Shown: piece after piece, positions 1 through 15,571 of the stretch
Position numbering within the stretch: the first letter of the stretch is position 1
Layout: each line of letters opens with the position of its first letter
NCBI GenBank assembly: GCA_040902335.1
Contig: JBBDXL010000179.1
Location: forward strand, 4,775 to 68,774
DNA: 64,000 bases
From: Burkholderiales bacterium
GTDB taxonomy: Bacteria; Pseudomonadota; Gammaproteobacteria; Burkholderiales; SG8-39
Direction of reading: 5' to 3'
The notes under the pieces: generated by a model
Databases searched by the model: none
What the model saw: the letters and a program-made list of their open reading frames with translations, nothing else
What the model was told of the DNA's origin: nothing
Program-made: the position numbers and the translations under genes

Positions 1-800
1 AGCGCCGCCGCCAGCGGCGCGCCGCGGCGCTCGGCGAGCACCATCAGGAAATGCCCGGGCAGCGCCGCGCCGACGCGCAGAAAGAACTCCAGGTTGAGGT
101 ACGGCGGCATCCCGTGCTGGGCGTAGGTGTTGGCGTAGCAGCGGTGGAAAAACGCCCAGTCGCGCTCGCCGATCTGCGCGCCGCGCAGCCAGCGCAGCTG
201 CACGCCCGCCTCCTGCACGCGGCGGCGCTCCTGGCGGATCATCTTGCGCCGCCGGTGGGACAGGCGCGCCAGGAACGCTTCGAAGTCGGCGTAGCCCGCA
301 TTGCGCCAGTGGAACTGCACCGTGCGCCTGAGCAGCATGCCCGCCGCCTGCAGCTCGCGCGCCTCGTGCTCCGGGGCGAACAGCACGTGCAGCGAGGAAA
401 AATCGCGCGCCGCGGCGAGCGCGGCCGCGGCGAGCGCGCCGCGCGCGCGCGCGTCGGCGGCGAGCAGGCGCGGCCCGCTCACCGGCGTGAACGGCACTGC
501 GCACACCAGCTTCGGGTAGTACTCGAGCCCGTGCTGCGCGTAGGCGTCCGCCCAGGCCCAGTCGAACACGTACTCGCCGCGCGAATGCGACTTCACGTAC
601 AGCGGAGCCGCGCCCGCCAGGACGCCGTCGCGCTCGAGCAGCAGGAACTGCGGCTGCCAGCCGGTTCTCGCGCTGGCGCAGCCGCTGTCCGCGAGCGCGC
701 CGAGGAACTCGTGGCGCAGGAACGGGTTGGCGCCGGCAAGCGCGTTCCACTGCGCCGCGGGCACCGCGGCGAGCGAATCGGCGACGCGCAGTCGTTCCAA
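1..800 (-). CDS. GNAT/FemAB-like acyltransferase family protein (DUF482/COG3146-like); 5' end at 800, 3' end runs off the window
   Basis: My reverse translation from TTG at 800 reads LERLRVADSLAAVPAAQWNALAGANPFLRHEFLGALADSGCAS...PLYVKSHSRGEYVFDWAWADAYAQHGLEYYPKLV...RRRKMIRQERRRV. It is absent from the ORF track because it stays open to the window edge. The 51..1229 + ORF is its antisense shadow. Confidence 0.7.
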   Translation of the reverse strand, partial: MERLRVADSLAAVPAAQWNALAGANPFLRHEFLGALADSGCASARTGWQPQFLLLERDGVLAGAAPLYVKSHSRGEYVFDWAWADAYAQHGLEYYPKLVCAVPFTPVSGPRLLAADARARGALAAAALAAARDFSSLHVLFAPEHEARELQAAGMLLRRTVQFHWRNAGYADFEAFLARLSHRRRKMIRQERRRVQEAGVQLRWLRGAQIGERDWAFFHRCYANTYAQHGMPPYLNLEFFLRVGAALPGHFLMVLAERRGAPLAAA

Positions 801-806
801 CGCGGG

Positions 807-1187
807 CTACTTCTCGAGCGCGGCGCGCGAGGCGTCCAGGCCCTTGCGGGCGCGGTCGATGCCCGGATCGAGGGCGAGCGTCCGCTCGAAGCGCGCGATG
901 GCCGCCTCGTGCCGGCCGAGGCGCTGCAGCAGGTAGGCGACGTTGAAGTGCGAGCGCGCATCCTGCGGCTCGAGCGCCAGCACGCGCTCGAACGCCGCGA
1001 TCGCCTGTTCGCACTCGCCGCGCGCCGCGAGCAGGAAGCCGATGCCGCTCCACGCCGGCGCGTGCCGCGGGTCGGCGGCGACGGCACCGCGGAACGCGGC
1101 GAGCGCGCGCGCCGGGCGCCGGGCGCGCGTCAGCACCCGGCCGGCGCCGAACCACAGCCGCGCGCGCAGCGAACCGGTCGTGGCCAT
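807..1187 (-). CDS. TPR-repeat protein
   Basis: 126-aa ORF with tandem TPR-like repeats (AWSGIGFLLAARGECEQAIAAFERVLALEPQDARSHFNVAYLLQRLGRHEAAIARFERTLALDP). Confidence 0.7.
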   Translation of the reverse strand: MATTGSLRARLWFGAGRVLTRARRPARALAAFRGAVAADPRHAPAWSGIGFLLAARGECEQAIAAFERVLALEPQDARSHFNVAYLLQRLGRHEAAIARFERTLALDPGIDRARKGLDASRAALEK

Positions 1188-1210
1188 GCGCCCATTATAG
1201 AATCCCCGCG

Positions 1211-3742
<2,532 letters not shown>

Positions 3743-3753
3743 CACCGCGCGCC

Positions 3754-4734
<981 letters not shown>

Positions 4735-4789
4735 TTATAGATAACAAGGGGCGGCCAGTTTGCTACCATAGCCGAAAGGACCCTCGCCC

Positions 4790-5458
4790 ATGGCGCACCC
4801 GATCTCCTCGGCAGTCCTGCGCACGGTGCCGCTCTTCTCGAGCGTGCCCGAGGAGCAGCTGCGCATGCTCGCCACGGTGGTCACGCGCCGCAGCACGACG
4901 CGCGGCTCGATCATCATGGCCGCGGGCGACCCCACGGATTCGCTGTACATCATCCTGTCGGGCCGCCTCAAGGTGATGATGAGCGACGCCGACGGCAAGG
5001 AAGTCATCCTCAGCATCCTCGGCCCCGGCGAGTTCTTCGGCGAGATGGGTCTCATCGACGACAACCCGCGCTCGGCGAGCGTGGTGGCGATCGAGCCCTG
5101 CGAGCTGCTGGCGATCACGCGCCGCGACTTCAAGAAGTGCATGACGGAAAACGCCGAGATGGCGATGGCGGTGATGCGCGGCCTGGTGCGGCGGCTGCGC
5201 GAGGCCGACCGCAAGATCGGCAGCCTCGCGCTGCTCGACGTCTACGGGCGCGTCGCGCGGCTGCTGCTCGACATGTCCGAGACGGTCGACGGCCAGAAGA
5301 TGGTGACCAAGCGCCTGCCCAAGCAGGACATCGCGAAGATGATCGGCGCCTCGCGCGAGATGGTGAGCCGCGTGATGAAGGACCTGCAGGTCGGCGGCTT
5401 CATCGAGATGCGCGGCTCGACCATCCTGCTGCGCGACAACATCGTGCTGCCGGAGTGA
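4790..5458 (+). CDS. Crp/Fnr-family transcriptional regulator (cNMP-binding domain plus C-terminal HTH)
   Basis: 222 aa. FFGEMGLIDDNPRSASV is cNMP-binding-domain-like and the C-terminal IAKMIGASREMVSRVMKDL is an HTH. Confidence 0.9.
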   Translation: MAHPISSAVLRTVPLFSSVPEEQLRMLATVVTRRSTTRGSIIMAAGDPTDSLYIILSGRLKVMMSDADGKEVILSILGPGEFFGEMGLIDDNPRSASVVAIEPCELLAITRRDFKKCMTENAEMAMAVMRGLVRRLREADRKIGSLALLDVYGRVARLLLDMSETVDGQKMVTKRLPKQDIAKMIGASREMVSRVMKDLQVGGFIEMRGSTILLRDNIVLPE

Positions 5459-5502
5459 GCCGGGCGCGCGTGCGGTAGAATCGGCGGACCCGATGGGCCG
5501 CG

Positions 5503-7779
5503 ATGGCAGCAGCGCAGAAAACCACAGCAGCGCCCCTTCCCGCGAAGCTCGGCAACCTGCTGCGCGAGGCCCGCTGGCTGGTGCTGGCGGGGCTCGCCGG
5601 CTACCTGCTGCTCATCTTCCTGACGTTCGACCGCGCCGACCCGGGCTGGTCGCACAGCGCCGGCGGCACGGCGGCGCATAACGCCGGCGGGCGCGCCGGC
5701 GCCTGGCTCGCCGACCTGCTGCTGTACCTGTTCGGGGTCTCCGCGTACTGGTGGGTGGCGCTGTGCCTGGTGGGCGTGGCCTGGGGCTACCGCGCGCTCG
5801 GGCGCTCGACGCTCGTCGACCGGCGCCCGCTCGCCATCGCGCTGGGCGGCTTCGCCCTGCTGCTGCTCGCCAGCGCCGCGCTCGAGGCGCTGCGCCTGCA
5901 CTCGCTCAGCGCCCAGTTGCCGCTCGCGCCCGGGGGGCTCCTCGGCGACGCCATCGGCGGCGCCGCCGCGAGCGTGCTCGGCTTCACCGGCGCCACGCTG
6001 GTGCTGCTCACCCTCGTGGCGGTGGGCTTCAGCCTGTTCACCGGCGTGTCGTGGCTGGCGGTGGCGGAGCTCGCCGGCGCGCTGCTCGAGCGCGCCGCCG
6101 ATTTCGCGCGGCACGCCTGGGACAGCCGCGCCGACCGGAAGATCGGCAGCATCGCGCGCGAAGAGCGCGAGCTGATGCTCGAGGCCGACCGCAAGCGCGA
6201 GGAGGAGCACCCGCCCCTGGTGATCGCCGCGCCGCCGCCGGAGATCCGCAAATCCGAGCGCGTGCACAAGGAAAAGCAGGCGCCGCTGTTCGAGTCCCTG
6301 CCCGACACGCCGCTGCCGCCGGTGAAGCTGCTCGACGACGGCGGGCACGACGGCGAGCCGCTCAGCGCGGAGTCGCTGGAATTCACCTCGCGCCTGATCG
6401 AGAAGAAGCTCTCCGACTTCGGCGTCTCGGCGAAGGTGCTGGCCGCCTATCCCGGCCCGGTGATCACGCGCTACGAGATCGAGCCCGCCGTCGGCGTGAA
6501 AGGCAGCCAGATCGTCAACCTGGTGAAGGACCTGGCGCGCGCCCTGTCGGTGGTGTCGATCCGCGTGGTCGAGACCATCCCCGGCAAGTCGTGCATGGGC
6601 CTCGAGATCCCGAATCCGCACCGCCAGACCGTGCGCCTGTCGGAGATCCTCGGCTCCGAGGTGTACGCGGACATGCACTCGCCGCTCGCGCTCGCGCTCG
6701 GCAAGGACATCGCCGGCAACCCGGTGGTCGTCGACCTGCAGAAAATGCCGCACCTGCTGGTCGCGGGCACCACCGGCTCGGGCAAGTCGGTGGCCTTGAA
6801 CGCCATGATCCTGTCGTTGCTGTACAAGGCCGAGCCCAAGCAGGTGCGCCTGATCCTCGTCGACCCGAAGATGCTCGAGCTCTCGGTGTACCAGGATATT
6901 CCGCATCTGCTTGCGCCCGTGGTCACCGACATGAAGCAGGCGGCGAACGCGCTCATGTGGTGCGTGGCGGAGATGGAGCGGCGCTACAAGCTCATGTCCT
7001 GGGTGGGCGTGCGCAACCTCTCCGGCTTCAACCACAAGGTGGCCGACGCGCAAAGAGCCGGGCAGCCGCTCGAAGACCCGGCGACGCTCGATTCGGGCGC
7101 GCCGCAGGCGCTCACGCAGCTGCCCTACATCGTCGTCGTCATCGACGAGCTCGCCGACCTGATGATGGTGGTGGGCAAGAAGGTCGAGGAGCTGGTGGCG
7201 CGCCTCGCGCAGAAGGCGCGCGCCTCGGGCATCCATCTCATCGTCGCCACGCAGCGCCCGTCGGTGGACGTGATCACCGGCCTGATCAAGGCCAATATCC
7301 CGACGCGCATCGCTTTCCAGGTGGCGAGCCGCGTCGATTCGCGCACCATCCTCGACCACCAGGGCGCGGAGGCGCTGCTCGGCGCGGGCGACATGCTCTA
7401 CCTGCCGGCGGGCACCGGCCTCGCGCAGCGCGTGCACGGCGCGTTCGTCGGCGATCACGAGGTGCACAAGGTGGTGGACCACCTCAAGTCGCTCGCCTCG
7501 CCCGAGTACCTCGAGCACGTGCTCGATCCCGGCGCCGGCGAGAGCGGCGCCTTCGACGGCGCGAACGGCGAGGGCAGCGAGAAGGACGCGCTCTACGACC
7601 AGGCGGTGGAGATCGTGCTGCGCACGCGCCGGCCGTCGATCTCGCTCGTGCAGCGCCACCTGCGCATCGGCTACAACCGCGCCGCGCGCCTGATCGAGGA
7701 CATGGAGCGCGCGGGGCTGGTGTCGGCGATGCAGTCCAACGGCAACCGCGAGGTGCTGGTGCCCGCGAAGGCGGAGTAG
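5503..7779 (+). CDS. ftsK: DNA translocase FtsK
   Basis: 758 aa. N-terminal TM segments, Walker A GTTGSGKS, ...IDELADLMM..., and a C-terminal gamma wHTH ([24 protein letters not shown]). Confidence 0.95.
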   Translation: MAAAQKTTAAPLPAKLGNLLREARWLVLAGLAGYLLLIFLTFDRADPGWSHSAGGTAAHNAGGRAGAWLADLLLYLFGVSAYWWVALCLVGVAWGYRALGRSTLVDRRPLAIALGGFALLLLASAALEALRLHSLSAQLPLAPGGLLGDAIGGAAASVLGFTGATLVLLTLVAVGFSLFTGVSWLAVAELAGALLERAADFARHAWDSRADRKIGSIAREERELMLEADRKREEEHPPLVIAAPPPEIRKSERVHKEKQAPLFESLPDTPLPPVKLLDDGGHDGEPLSAESLEFTSRLIEKKLSDFGVSAKVLAAYPGPVITRYEIEPAVGVKGSQIVNLVKDLARALSVVSIRVVETIPGKSCMGLEIPNPHRQTVRLSEILGSEVYADMHSPLALALGKDIAGNPVVVDLQKMPHLLVAGTTGSGKSVALNAMILSLLYKAEPKQVRLILVDPKMLELSVYQDIPHLLAPVVTDMKQAANALMWCVAEMERRYKLMSWVGVRNLSGFNHKVADAQRAGQPLEDPATLDSGAPQALTQLPYIVVVIDELADLMMVVGKKVEELVARLAQKARASGIHLIVATQRPSVDVITGLIKANIPTRIAFQVASRVDSRTILDHQGAEALLGAGDMLYLPAGTGLAQRVHGAFVGDHEVHKVVDHLKSLASPEYLEHVLDPGAGESGAFDGANGEGSEKDALYDQAVEIVLRTRRPSISLVQRHLRIGYNRAARLIEDMERAGLVSAMQSNGNREVLVPAKAE

Positions 7780-7780
7780 G

Positions 7781-8369
7781 GTGCGCGTGCTCCTGCTGGC
7801 GCTCGCGCTCGCGCCCGCGCTCGCGCAAGCGGACCCGATGGAGCGCTTCCGCGAATTCCTGCGCGGCACGCAGAGCGCGCGCGCCACGTTCGAGCAGAAG
7901 GTCTACGACCGCGAGCGGCGCCTGGTGCAGGAATCGAAGGGGACGTTCTCGTTCCTGCGCCCGGGGCGCTTTCGCTGGACTACGGCGCTGCCCTACGAGC
8001 AGCTGATCGTCGGCGACGGCGAGCGCGTCTGGATCCACGACCCGGACCTCAACCAGGTGACGGTGCGCAGGATGGCGCAGGCGCTCGGCTCGACGCCCGC
8101 GGCGCTGCTCGCCGGCGCGGCCGACGTGGAGCGCGCCTTCCAGTTCGCGGATGGCGGGCGCGCCGGGGGCCTCGAATGGCTCGAGGCGACGCCGCGCGAG
8201 AAGGAAGCGGGCTTCGAGCGCATCCGCCTGGGGCTGGGCGCGCAAGGCGTCGAGGCGATGGAACTGCACGATCACTTCGGGCAGACCACGGTGCTGCGCT
8301 TCAGCGCGCTCGAGCGCAACCCGCCGCTCGCGCCGGCCGACTTCCGCTTCGTGCCGCCCAAGGGCGCGG

Positions 8370-8386
<17 letters not shown>
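7781..8386 (+). CDS. lolA: Outer-membrane lipoprotein carrier protein LolA
   Basis: 201 aa with a signal peptide (LLLALALAPALAQA) and LolA-like FxQ...RPGRFRW...DGERVWIHDPDLNQVT. Confidence 0.88.
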
Positions 8387-10945
<2,559 letters not shown>

Positions 10946-10963
10946 TAAAATCCGCCCTGCCGC

Positions 10964-11053
10964 GGAGAGATGGCAGAGTGGTCGATTGCGGCAGACTCGA
11001 AATCTGTTGTACGCGTAAGCGTACCGGGGGTTCGAATCCCTCTCTCTCCGCCA
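10964..11053 (+). tRNA. tRNA-Ser (anticodon CGA), type II with long variable arm, CCA encoded
   Basis: GGAGAGATGGCAGAGTGGTCGATTGCGGCAGACTCGAAATCTGTTGTACGCGTAAGCGTACCGGGGGTTCGAATCCCTCTCTCTCCGCCA. Acceptor stem GGAGAGA/TCTCTCC, anticodon loop CT-CGA-AA, T-loop TTCGAAT. Confidence 0.9.
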
Positions 11054-11057
11054 ACTT

Positions 11058-11513
11058 TCAACTACTTGCGGCTGCATCGCTTCTCGTCACCGAATCGCTG
11101 TTGTGACGAATTTGTGCCGTAAGGCTGAGGCGCGCTGCATGTGCCTTCAGATGCTCGGGGGCGAGGTGCGCATAGCGATTCACCATTTCCAGCGTTTCCC
11201 AACCTCCCAGCTCCTTCAGTACGTAGAGCGGCGTGCCTAGCTGCACGTGCCAGCTCGCCCAGGTGTGGCGCAGATCGTGCCAGCGGAAATTCTCAATGCC
11301 CGTCCGCTCGCACGCCGCCTTCCACTCCTGCTGAGCCCCGTAGCAGTGCCAGGAATCGATCTGGCCGCCATCCGGGCCGACGAAAACGCACCGCAGGTGC
11401 TTCCCGAGCTGCTTGCGAATCACCGCGACCGCGTCATCGTTGAGCGGTAAGCCGATTGCCCTGCGCGCCTTCGCCTGGTCTTTCCGCTTCCCCTCGCGTG
11501 ACGGGGTCGCCAC
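11058..11513 (-). pseudogene. Tyrosine recombinase/phage integrase, C-terminal catalytic fragment only
   Basis: The 151-aa ORF holds only the catalytic end (..FRWHDLRHTWASWHVQLGTPLYVLKELGGWETLEMVNRYAHL), with the HxxR and final Tyr motifs. The roughly 200-250 aa of N-terminal arm/core-binding domains of full integrases are missing. Confidence 0.8.
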
Positions 11514-11549
11514 GACAGACCTTTCTCGATGTTAACTCATTGGTTATCT

Positions 11550-11641
11550 TTACATAAACATATAACTCTTGTATCCATAAACACTAGACTCTTGTGATGA
11601 TATGCAATAAACTCTTGTAACCGTAAACATCTAACTCTTGT
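11550..11641 (+). repeat. Four tandem 23-bp direct repeats (consensus approx nnnnATAAACAnnTAnACTCTTGT) ending on the Fic start codon
   Basis: The ACTCTTGT core occurs at 11565, 11588, 11611 and 11634, an exact 23-bp phase. The region is strongly AT-rich against the ~68% GC background. Confidence 0.85.
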
Positions 11642-13193
11642 GCCCAAGCCCAACGTAAAACTTGCTTCTGCCCTGGATGCTCTGAAGGGCCTCCAACACG
11701 GCGGACTCCAGGCCATCGCTGGACCGAAGCTTTCACGGACGGACCGTGAGGCTCTGCTGCGTGCTGGCTTCCTCAAGGAGGTCATCCGCGGCTGGTACAT
11801 CCCCCGCCGTCCAGACGAGGCAGATGGCGACAGCACCCCTTGGTACGCCAGCATGCGCGAGTTCATTGCCGACTACGCGCAAGAGCGATTCGGCGATCGC
11901 TGGCACGTCAATGCGGAGCAATCAGTCTCACTGCGGTCCGGCGAGAGGACCATTCCGAAGCAGACTCAAATCTGGGCAATTGAGGGCACCAACCAGACTG
12001 TGCAGCTGCTCCACGGTTGCTCGCTTTTCATTTACAAGGCTGTGAAGTTACTGCCTTCTTCGCCCGTGCAGGATTGCGGGGGGCTTCGCCTCGTGGAACT
12101 GCCGGCGGCACTTGTGGCTGCGAGCCCGACGCTCTTCGCACAGAATCCCATCGCGGCGCAGATTGCACTTGGTTCGTTGCCGGATGCTTCAGATCTGCTG
12201 CGGATATTGCTCGATGGGCCGCATCCGTCGGTGGCTGGGCGCCTTGCCGGTGGCTTCCGAGCTATTGGCCGAGAGGCGCTTGCCAATGAAATCTTAGGCG
12301 CTATGCGCGGCGCCGGCCATACTGCAAGCGAAGTAAATCCCTTCGAGAAACCTCGCCCGGCTCTATTGCCCGGCGCGCGATCCGAGTCGCCTTACGTGCA
12401 GCGGCTGCGCTTGATGTGGGCAGAAATGAGGGAGCGAGTAATCCCGGCATTCCCGCACGCGCCAGGGGCGCCAAAGGACATTGATGTACTTCTCAAGGAC
12501 GTGGAGGCGCGCTATGTGACCGATGCCTATCACTCGCTTTCCATAGAGGGTTACCGCGTTAGCGCCACCCTTATTGAGAAAATCCGTGATGGAAATTGGA
12601 GTCCAGATGACGACGAGAAGGATCGCGCGACCCGCGATGCCATGGCGGCGCGCGGCTATTTCGAGACCCATAACCTTGTCAAGGATGATCTCGTACGCGT
12701 GTTCAAGGGCGAAAACGCGGGCACTGTGTTCCGCAACGCCGTCGCCCGCTGGTATCAGGCGCTGTTCACCCCAAGCGTGCAGGCCGGAATCCTCAAGGCC
12801 TCCGGCCTCGCGGGATACCGCAACGATCAAGTGTTCATCCGCGGCGCGCTGCACGTTCCGCTGTCGAAGGAGGCGGTGCGGGATTGCATGCCTGTTCTAT
12901 TCGAGCTTCTCGAAGCAGAAACCGAACCCCAGGTACGCGCCGTCCTCGGTCATTTCCTTTTTGTCCATATCCATCCCTACATGGACGGAAATGGCCGGCT
13001 CGCGAGATTCTTGATGAATTTGATGCTTGTTCCCGCGGGCCATGTTTGGACGGTAATTCCGGTAGAGAGGCGCAAGGACTACATGGACGCGCTCGAGCAG
13101 GCGAGTTCCTTCGCAAACATCGCGCCCTTCGCCGCTTTCATAGCCGACCTGGCGAAAGCGCAGGCGAAGCAGCCGCTCCCGCGGCCGCGCTGA
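11640..13193 (+). CDS. Fic/DOC-family protein (517 aa) with a long N-terminal extension
   Basis: Fic active-site motif HPYMDGNGRLARFL. An inhibitory-helix-type motif S-x-x-x-E-G (SLSIEG) lies upstream in the same polypeptide. The N-terminal ~270 aa contain a wHTH-like segment (SRTDREALLRAGFLKEVIRGWYI). GTG start. Confidence 0.88.
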   Translation: MPKPNVKLASALDALKGLQHGGLQAIAGPKLSRTDREALLRAGFLKEVIRGWYIPRRPDEADGDSTPWYASMREFIADYAQERFGDRWHVNAEQSVSLRSGERTIPKQTQIWAIEGTNQTVQLLHGCSLFIYKAVKLLPSSPVQDCGGLRLVELPAALVAASPTLFAQNPIAAQIALGSLPDASDLLRILLDGPHPSVAGRLAGGFRAIGREALANEILGAMRGAGHTASEVNPFEKPRPALLPGARSESPYVQRLRLMWAEMRERVIPAFPHAPGAPKDIDVLLKDVEARYVTDAYHSLSIEGYRVSATLIEKIRDGNWSPDDDEKDRATRDAMAARGYFETHNLVKDDLVRVFKGENAGTVFRNAVARWYQALFTPSVQAGILKASGLAGYRNDQVFIRGALHVPLSKEAVRDCMPVLFELLEAETEPQVRAVLGHFLFVHIHPYMDGNGRLARFLMNLMLVPAGHVWTVIPVERRKDYMDALEQASSFANIAPFAAFIADLAKAQAKQPLPRPR

Positions 13194-13261
13194 TCGTGGC
13201 GAACAAGTATTTCAGCTATGCTGCGTTGAGAGGCGCCGGAAAACCGGCTGTTAATCCGCGA

Positions 13262-13290
13262 GAATCGCTGTGCCGAATTTGTGCCGTAAG
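13262..13290 (-). pseudogene. Second, tiny remnant of an integrase 3' end
   Basis: GAATCGCTG-TGCCGAATTTGTGCCGTAAG matches 11092..11123, the 3' end of the integrase fragment (..LTAQIRH..), apart from a 3-nt indel. Confidence 0.5.
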
Positions 13291-13402
13291 TGAGATTGGA
13301 CTGCGCTTTTTGACATTTGAAGCGGAAGACAAGGCAAGCGCTGCGAGCTTGATTACATTACGTTTCTGAATTTGGAGAGTTTGGGCCGCTCTCGCCTCCC
13401 GC

Positions 13403-13462
13403 GACTCGAAATCTGTTGTGCGCGTAAGCGTACCGGGGGTTCGAATCCCTCTCTCTCCGCCA
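13403..13462 (+). repeat. Duplicate of the 3' 60 nt of tRNA-Ser(CGA) (att-type direct repeat)
   Basis: GACTCGAAATCTGTTGTGCGCGTAAGCGTACCGGGGGTTCGAATCCCTCTCTCTCCGCCA has 1 mismatch to 10994..11053. It has no 5' half, so it is not a functional tRNA. Confidence 0.88.
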
Positions 13463-13469
13463 TTCCACC

Positions 13470-14315
13470 ATGCGCGCGAACCTGCTGGGTCGCTCTGTCC
13501 TCCTGACCGGAGCCGCGGGCGGCATCGGCCGCGTGCTCGCGAAGGCGTTCCTGCGGGCCGGCGCATCTCTGGTCGCAGGGGACATCGATGCGAAGGGCCT
13601 CGAGGAACTGCAGCAATCCCTGCGCGATCGCGATCGGTTCGCCAGTCTGGTCCTCGACATCGCCGACCCGGCGGCCTGCGAAGCGGCAGTCAAGGACACG
13701 GCCAAGCGCTTCGGCGCGCTCGACATCCTGATCAACAACGGCGCGCTGGGCATGCAGGTACTGCGCGAGACTTGCATGACCGATCTCGTGCGCATCGACG
13801 AGATCACGCCGGAGTTCTGGAACCGAATGGTCACGGTGAACCTGTCCGGCGCGTGGTACCTCACGCACGCCGCGGTTCCGGGGATGCGCGCGCGCGGCTG
13901 GGGCCGGATCATCAACGTCACGACGAGCTTCTTCACGATGCTGCGCGGGCGCTTCCACCCGTACGGCCCGGCCAAGGCGGCCCTGGAAGCGATGTCGGCC
14001 GGGCACGCGAGTGAATTCGCCGGTACCGGGATCACGGTCAACGTCGTGGTGCCGGGCGGGCCGGCCGATACCCCCATGGTGCCGGCGGCCTCGGGAATAC
14101 GCCGTGAGGACCTGATCCCGCCGGCGAGGATGGCGCCGCCCATGCTGTGGCTGTGCACGGGGGACGCCGACGCCGTCACCGGAAAGCGCTACATTGCGGC
14201 GAAGTGGGACGACGCACTGTCCCCTGAGGCGGCGCGGCGCGCGTCCGAGTCGCCGATCGCGTGGCCCGAGCTCGCCGGTGTGCCCGTATGGCCGGGAGGC
14301 AAGCCGCCCGAATGA
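13470..14315 (+). CDS. SDR-family oxidoreductase
   Basis: 281 aa with TGAAGGIGR Rossmann motif and NNGA motif. It starts 8 nt after the tRNA remnant. Confidence 0.85.
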   Translation: MRANLLGRSVLLTGAAGGIGRVLAKAFLRAGASLVAGDIDAKGLEELQQSLRDRDRFASLVLDIADPAACEAAVKDTAKRFGALDILINNGALGMQVLRETCMTDLVRIDEITPEFWNRMVTVNLSGAWYLTHAAVPGMRARGWGRIINVTTSFFTMLRGRFHPYGPAKAALEAMSAGHASEFAGTGITVNVVVPGGPADTPMVPAASGIRREDLIPPARMAPPMLWLCTGDADAVTGKRYIAAKWDDALSPEAARRASESPIAWPELAGVPVWPGGKPPE

Positions 14316-14338
14316 AGCAAACACAAAGGAGGACGCTG

Positions 14339-14770
14339 ATGAGCCAGAGCAAACCCTTGAGCGGCAAGCGCTGGGGCTTCGTGCACAACCTGGCGAGCGA
14401 GGCCAAGTGGACGCCGGGACTGCGCGAGATCTTCGAGTACCGCGACCTCGGCGTGAAGGACGGCACCCGGGGCGATTACGTCGCGCACGTCATCCGCCAC
14501 AACGCCAAGAAGGTCAAGGACCGCGTGCAGGAGTGGCACGTGCACGACTGCACCTTCCAGTTCGTCTATGTGCTGAACGGCTGGGCGACCTTCGACTACG
14601 AGGGCCAGGGCCGGCACACGATCCGCAAGGGCGACATGATCCTGCAGACGCCCGGCATCGCGCACCGCGAGATCGAATGCTCCGAGGATTTCGAGGTGCT
14701 CGAGATCGTCGCGCCCGCCGATTTCGCCACCCGCACGGTCGAGGCGCCGCGGCAGACCGCCGCCGCGTAG
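14339..14770 (+). CDS. Cupin-domain protein
   Basis: Internal ATG 14339 of ORF 14261..14770 is preceded by AGGAGG. The sequence (WHVHDCTFQFVYVLNGWATFDYEG...GIAHREI) is cupin-like. Confidence 0.75.
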   Translation: MSQSKPLSGKRWGFVHNLASEAKWTPGLREIFEYRDLGVKDGTRGDYVAHVIRHNAKKVKDRVQEWHVHDCTFQFVYVLNGWATFDYEGQGRHTIRKGDMILQTPGIAHREIECSEDFEVLEIVAPADFATRTVEAPRQTAAA

Positions 14771-14776
14771 GCCGGA

Positions 14777-15133
14777 TCAGCCGAGCGGCTTGGCGAGGCT
14801 CACCTCATGCCCGTCCGGATCCGTGAGGTGGAAGTAGCGCTCGCCCCACGGCGCGTCCGCGGGCGCCGCGTGCGGTGCGAGCCCGGCCTGCAGCGCGCGG
14901 CGGTACATCGCGTCGACGTCGTCGACGTGGAAGATCACGCGGCCCCACCATGACCAGCGCTGCTCACGTTCCGCTGCAATGAGGTTGAGATACGACGCGC
15001 CCGCCACGAAGCTCGAGAAGCGGGCGTCGCCGTAGCGCAGGACGAATCCGAGCGCCTGGTAGAACGCGACGGCGCGCGCCATGTCGTGCGTGGCGAGTGT
15101 GACGGCGCTCAAGGATCGGATCAGCGCGCTCAT
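14777..15133 (-). CDS. VOC/glyoxalase-family protein
   Basis: The C-terminal 118 aa of ORF 14777..15427 read MSALIRSLSAVTLATHDMARAVAFYQALGF...YFHLTDPDGHEVSL. Confidence 0.85.
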   Translation of the reverse strand: MSALIRSLSAVTLATHDMARAVAFYQALGFVLRYGDARFSSFVAGASYLNLIAAEREQRWSWWGRVIFHVDDVDAMYRRALQAGLAPHAAPADAPWGERYFHLTDPDGHEVSLAKPLG

Positions 15134-15408
15134 GTGAGCCTTGCGCCGATCTCCTTCTCGTACTCCGGAAAATAACGCGCGATCACGGGCAGCTCGAAGC
15201 TCGCCAGGATCGACGTGTTCGGCTCGCGCTCGAGCAGAAACCGGAAGCTCTCCTCGATGACGCGCTCGGGCGCCACCGCGGCGAGCCCGAGCTTCTCGAG
15301 ATAGCCCTCGGGTATCGTGACTTCGTGCGAGCTCGTCGAGCCCGCGCGCACTTCGACTCGCCAGCGGCGGGCGCCGGCGGGTGCGACCGTGATGGACGGC
15401 GTGCTCAC
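15130..15408 (-). CDS. Small conserved hypothetical protein (~92 aa)
   Basis: From GTG at 15408: VSTPSITVAPAGARRWRVEVRAGSTSSHEVTIPEGYLEKLGLAAVAPERVIEESFRFLLEREPNTSILASFELPVIARYFPEYEKEIGARL. 4-nt overlap with the downstream VOC gene. Its first ~11 codons lie inside the 195-bp repeat. Confidence 0.55.
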   Translation of the reverse strand: MSTPSITVAPAGARRWRVEVRAGSTSSHEVTIPEGYLEKLGLAAVAPERVIEESFRFLLEREPNTSILASFELPVIARYFPEYEKEIGARLT

Positions 15409-15571
15409 CGGCGGAATTCTGCAGCAAAACGGGATTAGCATGGCCGCGTGGAGTCTACGGTCCACAGCCTGTTCCCCACGCTGGTGTGGGAGGCGCGGCT
15501 CGCGCGCGAAGCGTGTGCGCCGCTAAACGACGCCATTCTGCGGCGACTCGCCGCGCTGCGCCGCGGCGCGC
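15377..15571 (+). repeat. Left copy of the ~195-bp direct repeat (partner 33835..34031)
   Basis: By-eye alignment gives roughly 85-90% identity, including GGCGGGTGCGACCGTGATG...GGATTAGCATGGCCGCGTGGAGTCTACGGTCCACAGCCT..TTCCCCAC.CTGGTGTGGGAGGCGCGGCTCGCGCG. Confidence 0.85.

Larger units (their letters stand above)
11054..13402. mobile_element. Decayed tRNA-Ser-associated genomic islet (integrase remnant plus Fic gene) bounded by the intact tRNA and a 60-nt duplicate of its 3' half
   Basis: Direct repeat 10994..11053 versus 13403..13462 (59/60 identical). A truncated integrase abuts the tRNA. AT-rich stretches lie at 11520..11640 and 13194..13400. Confidence 0.65.
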
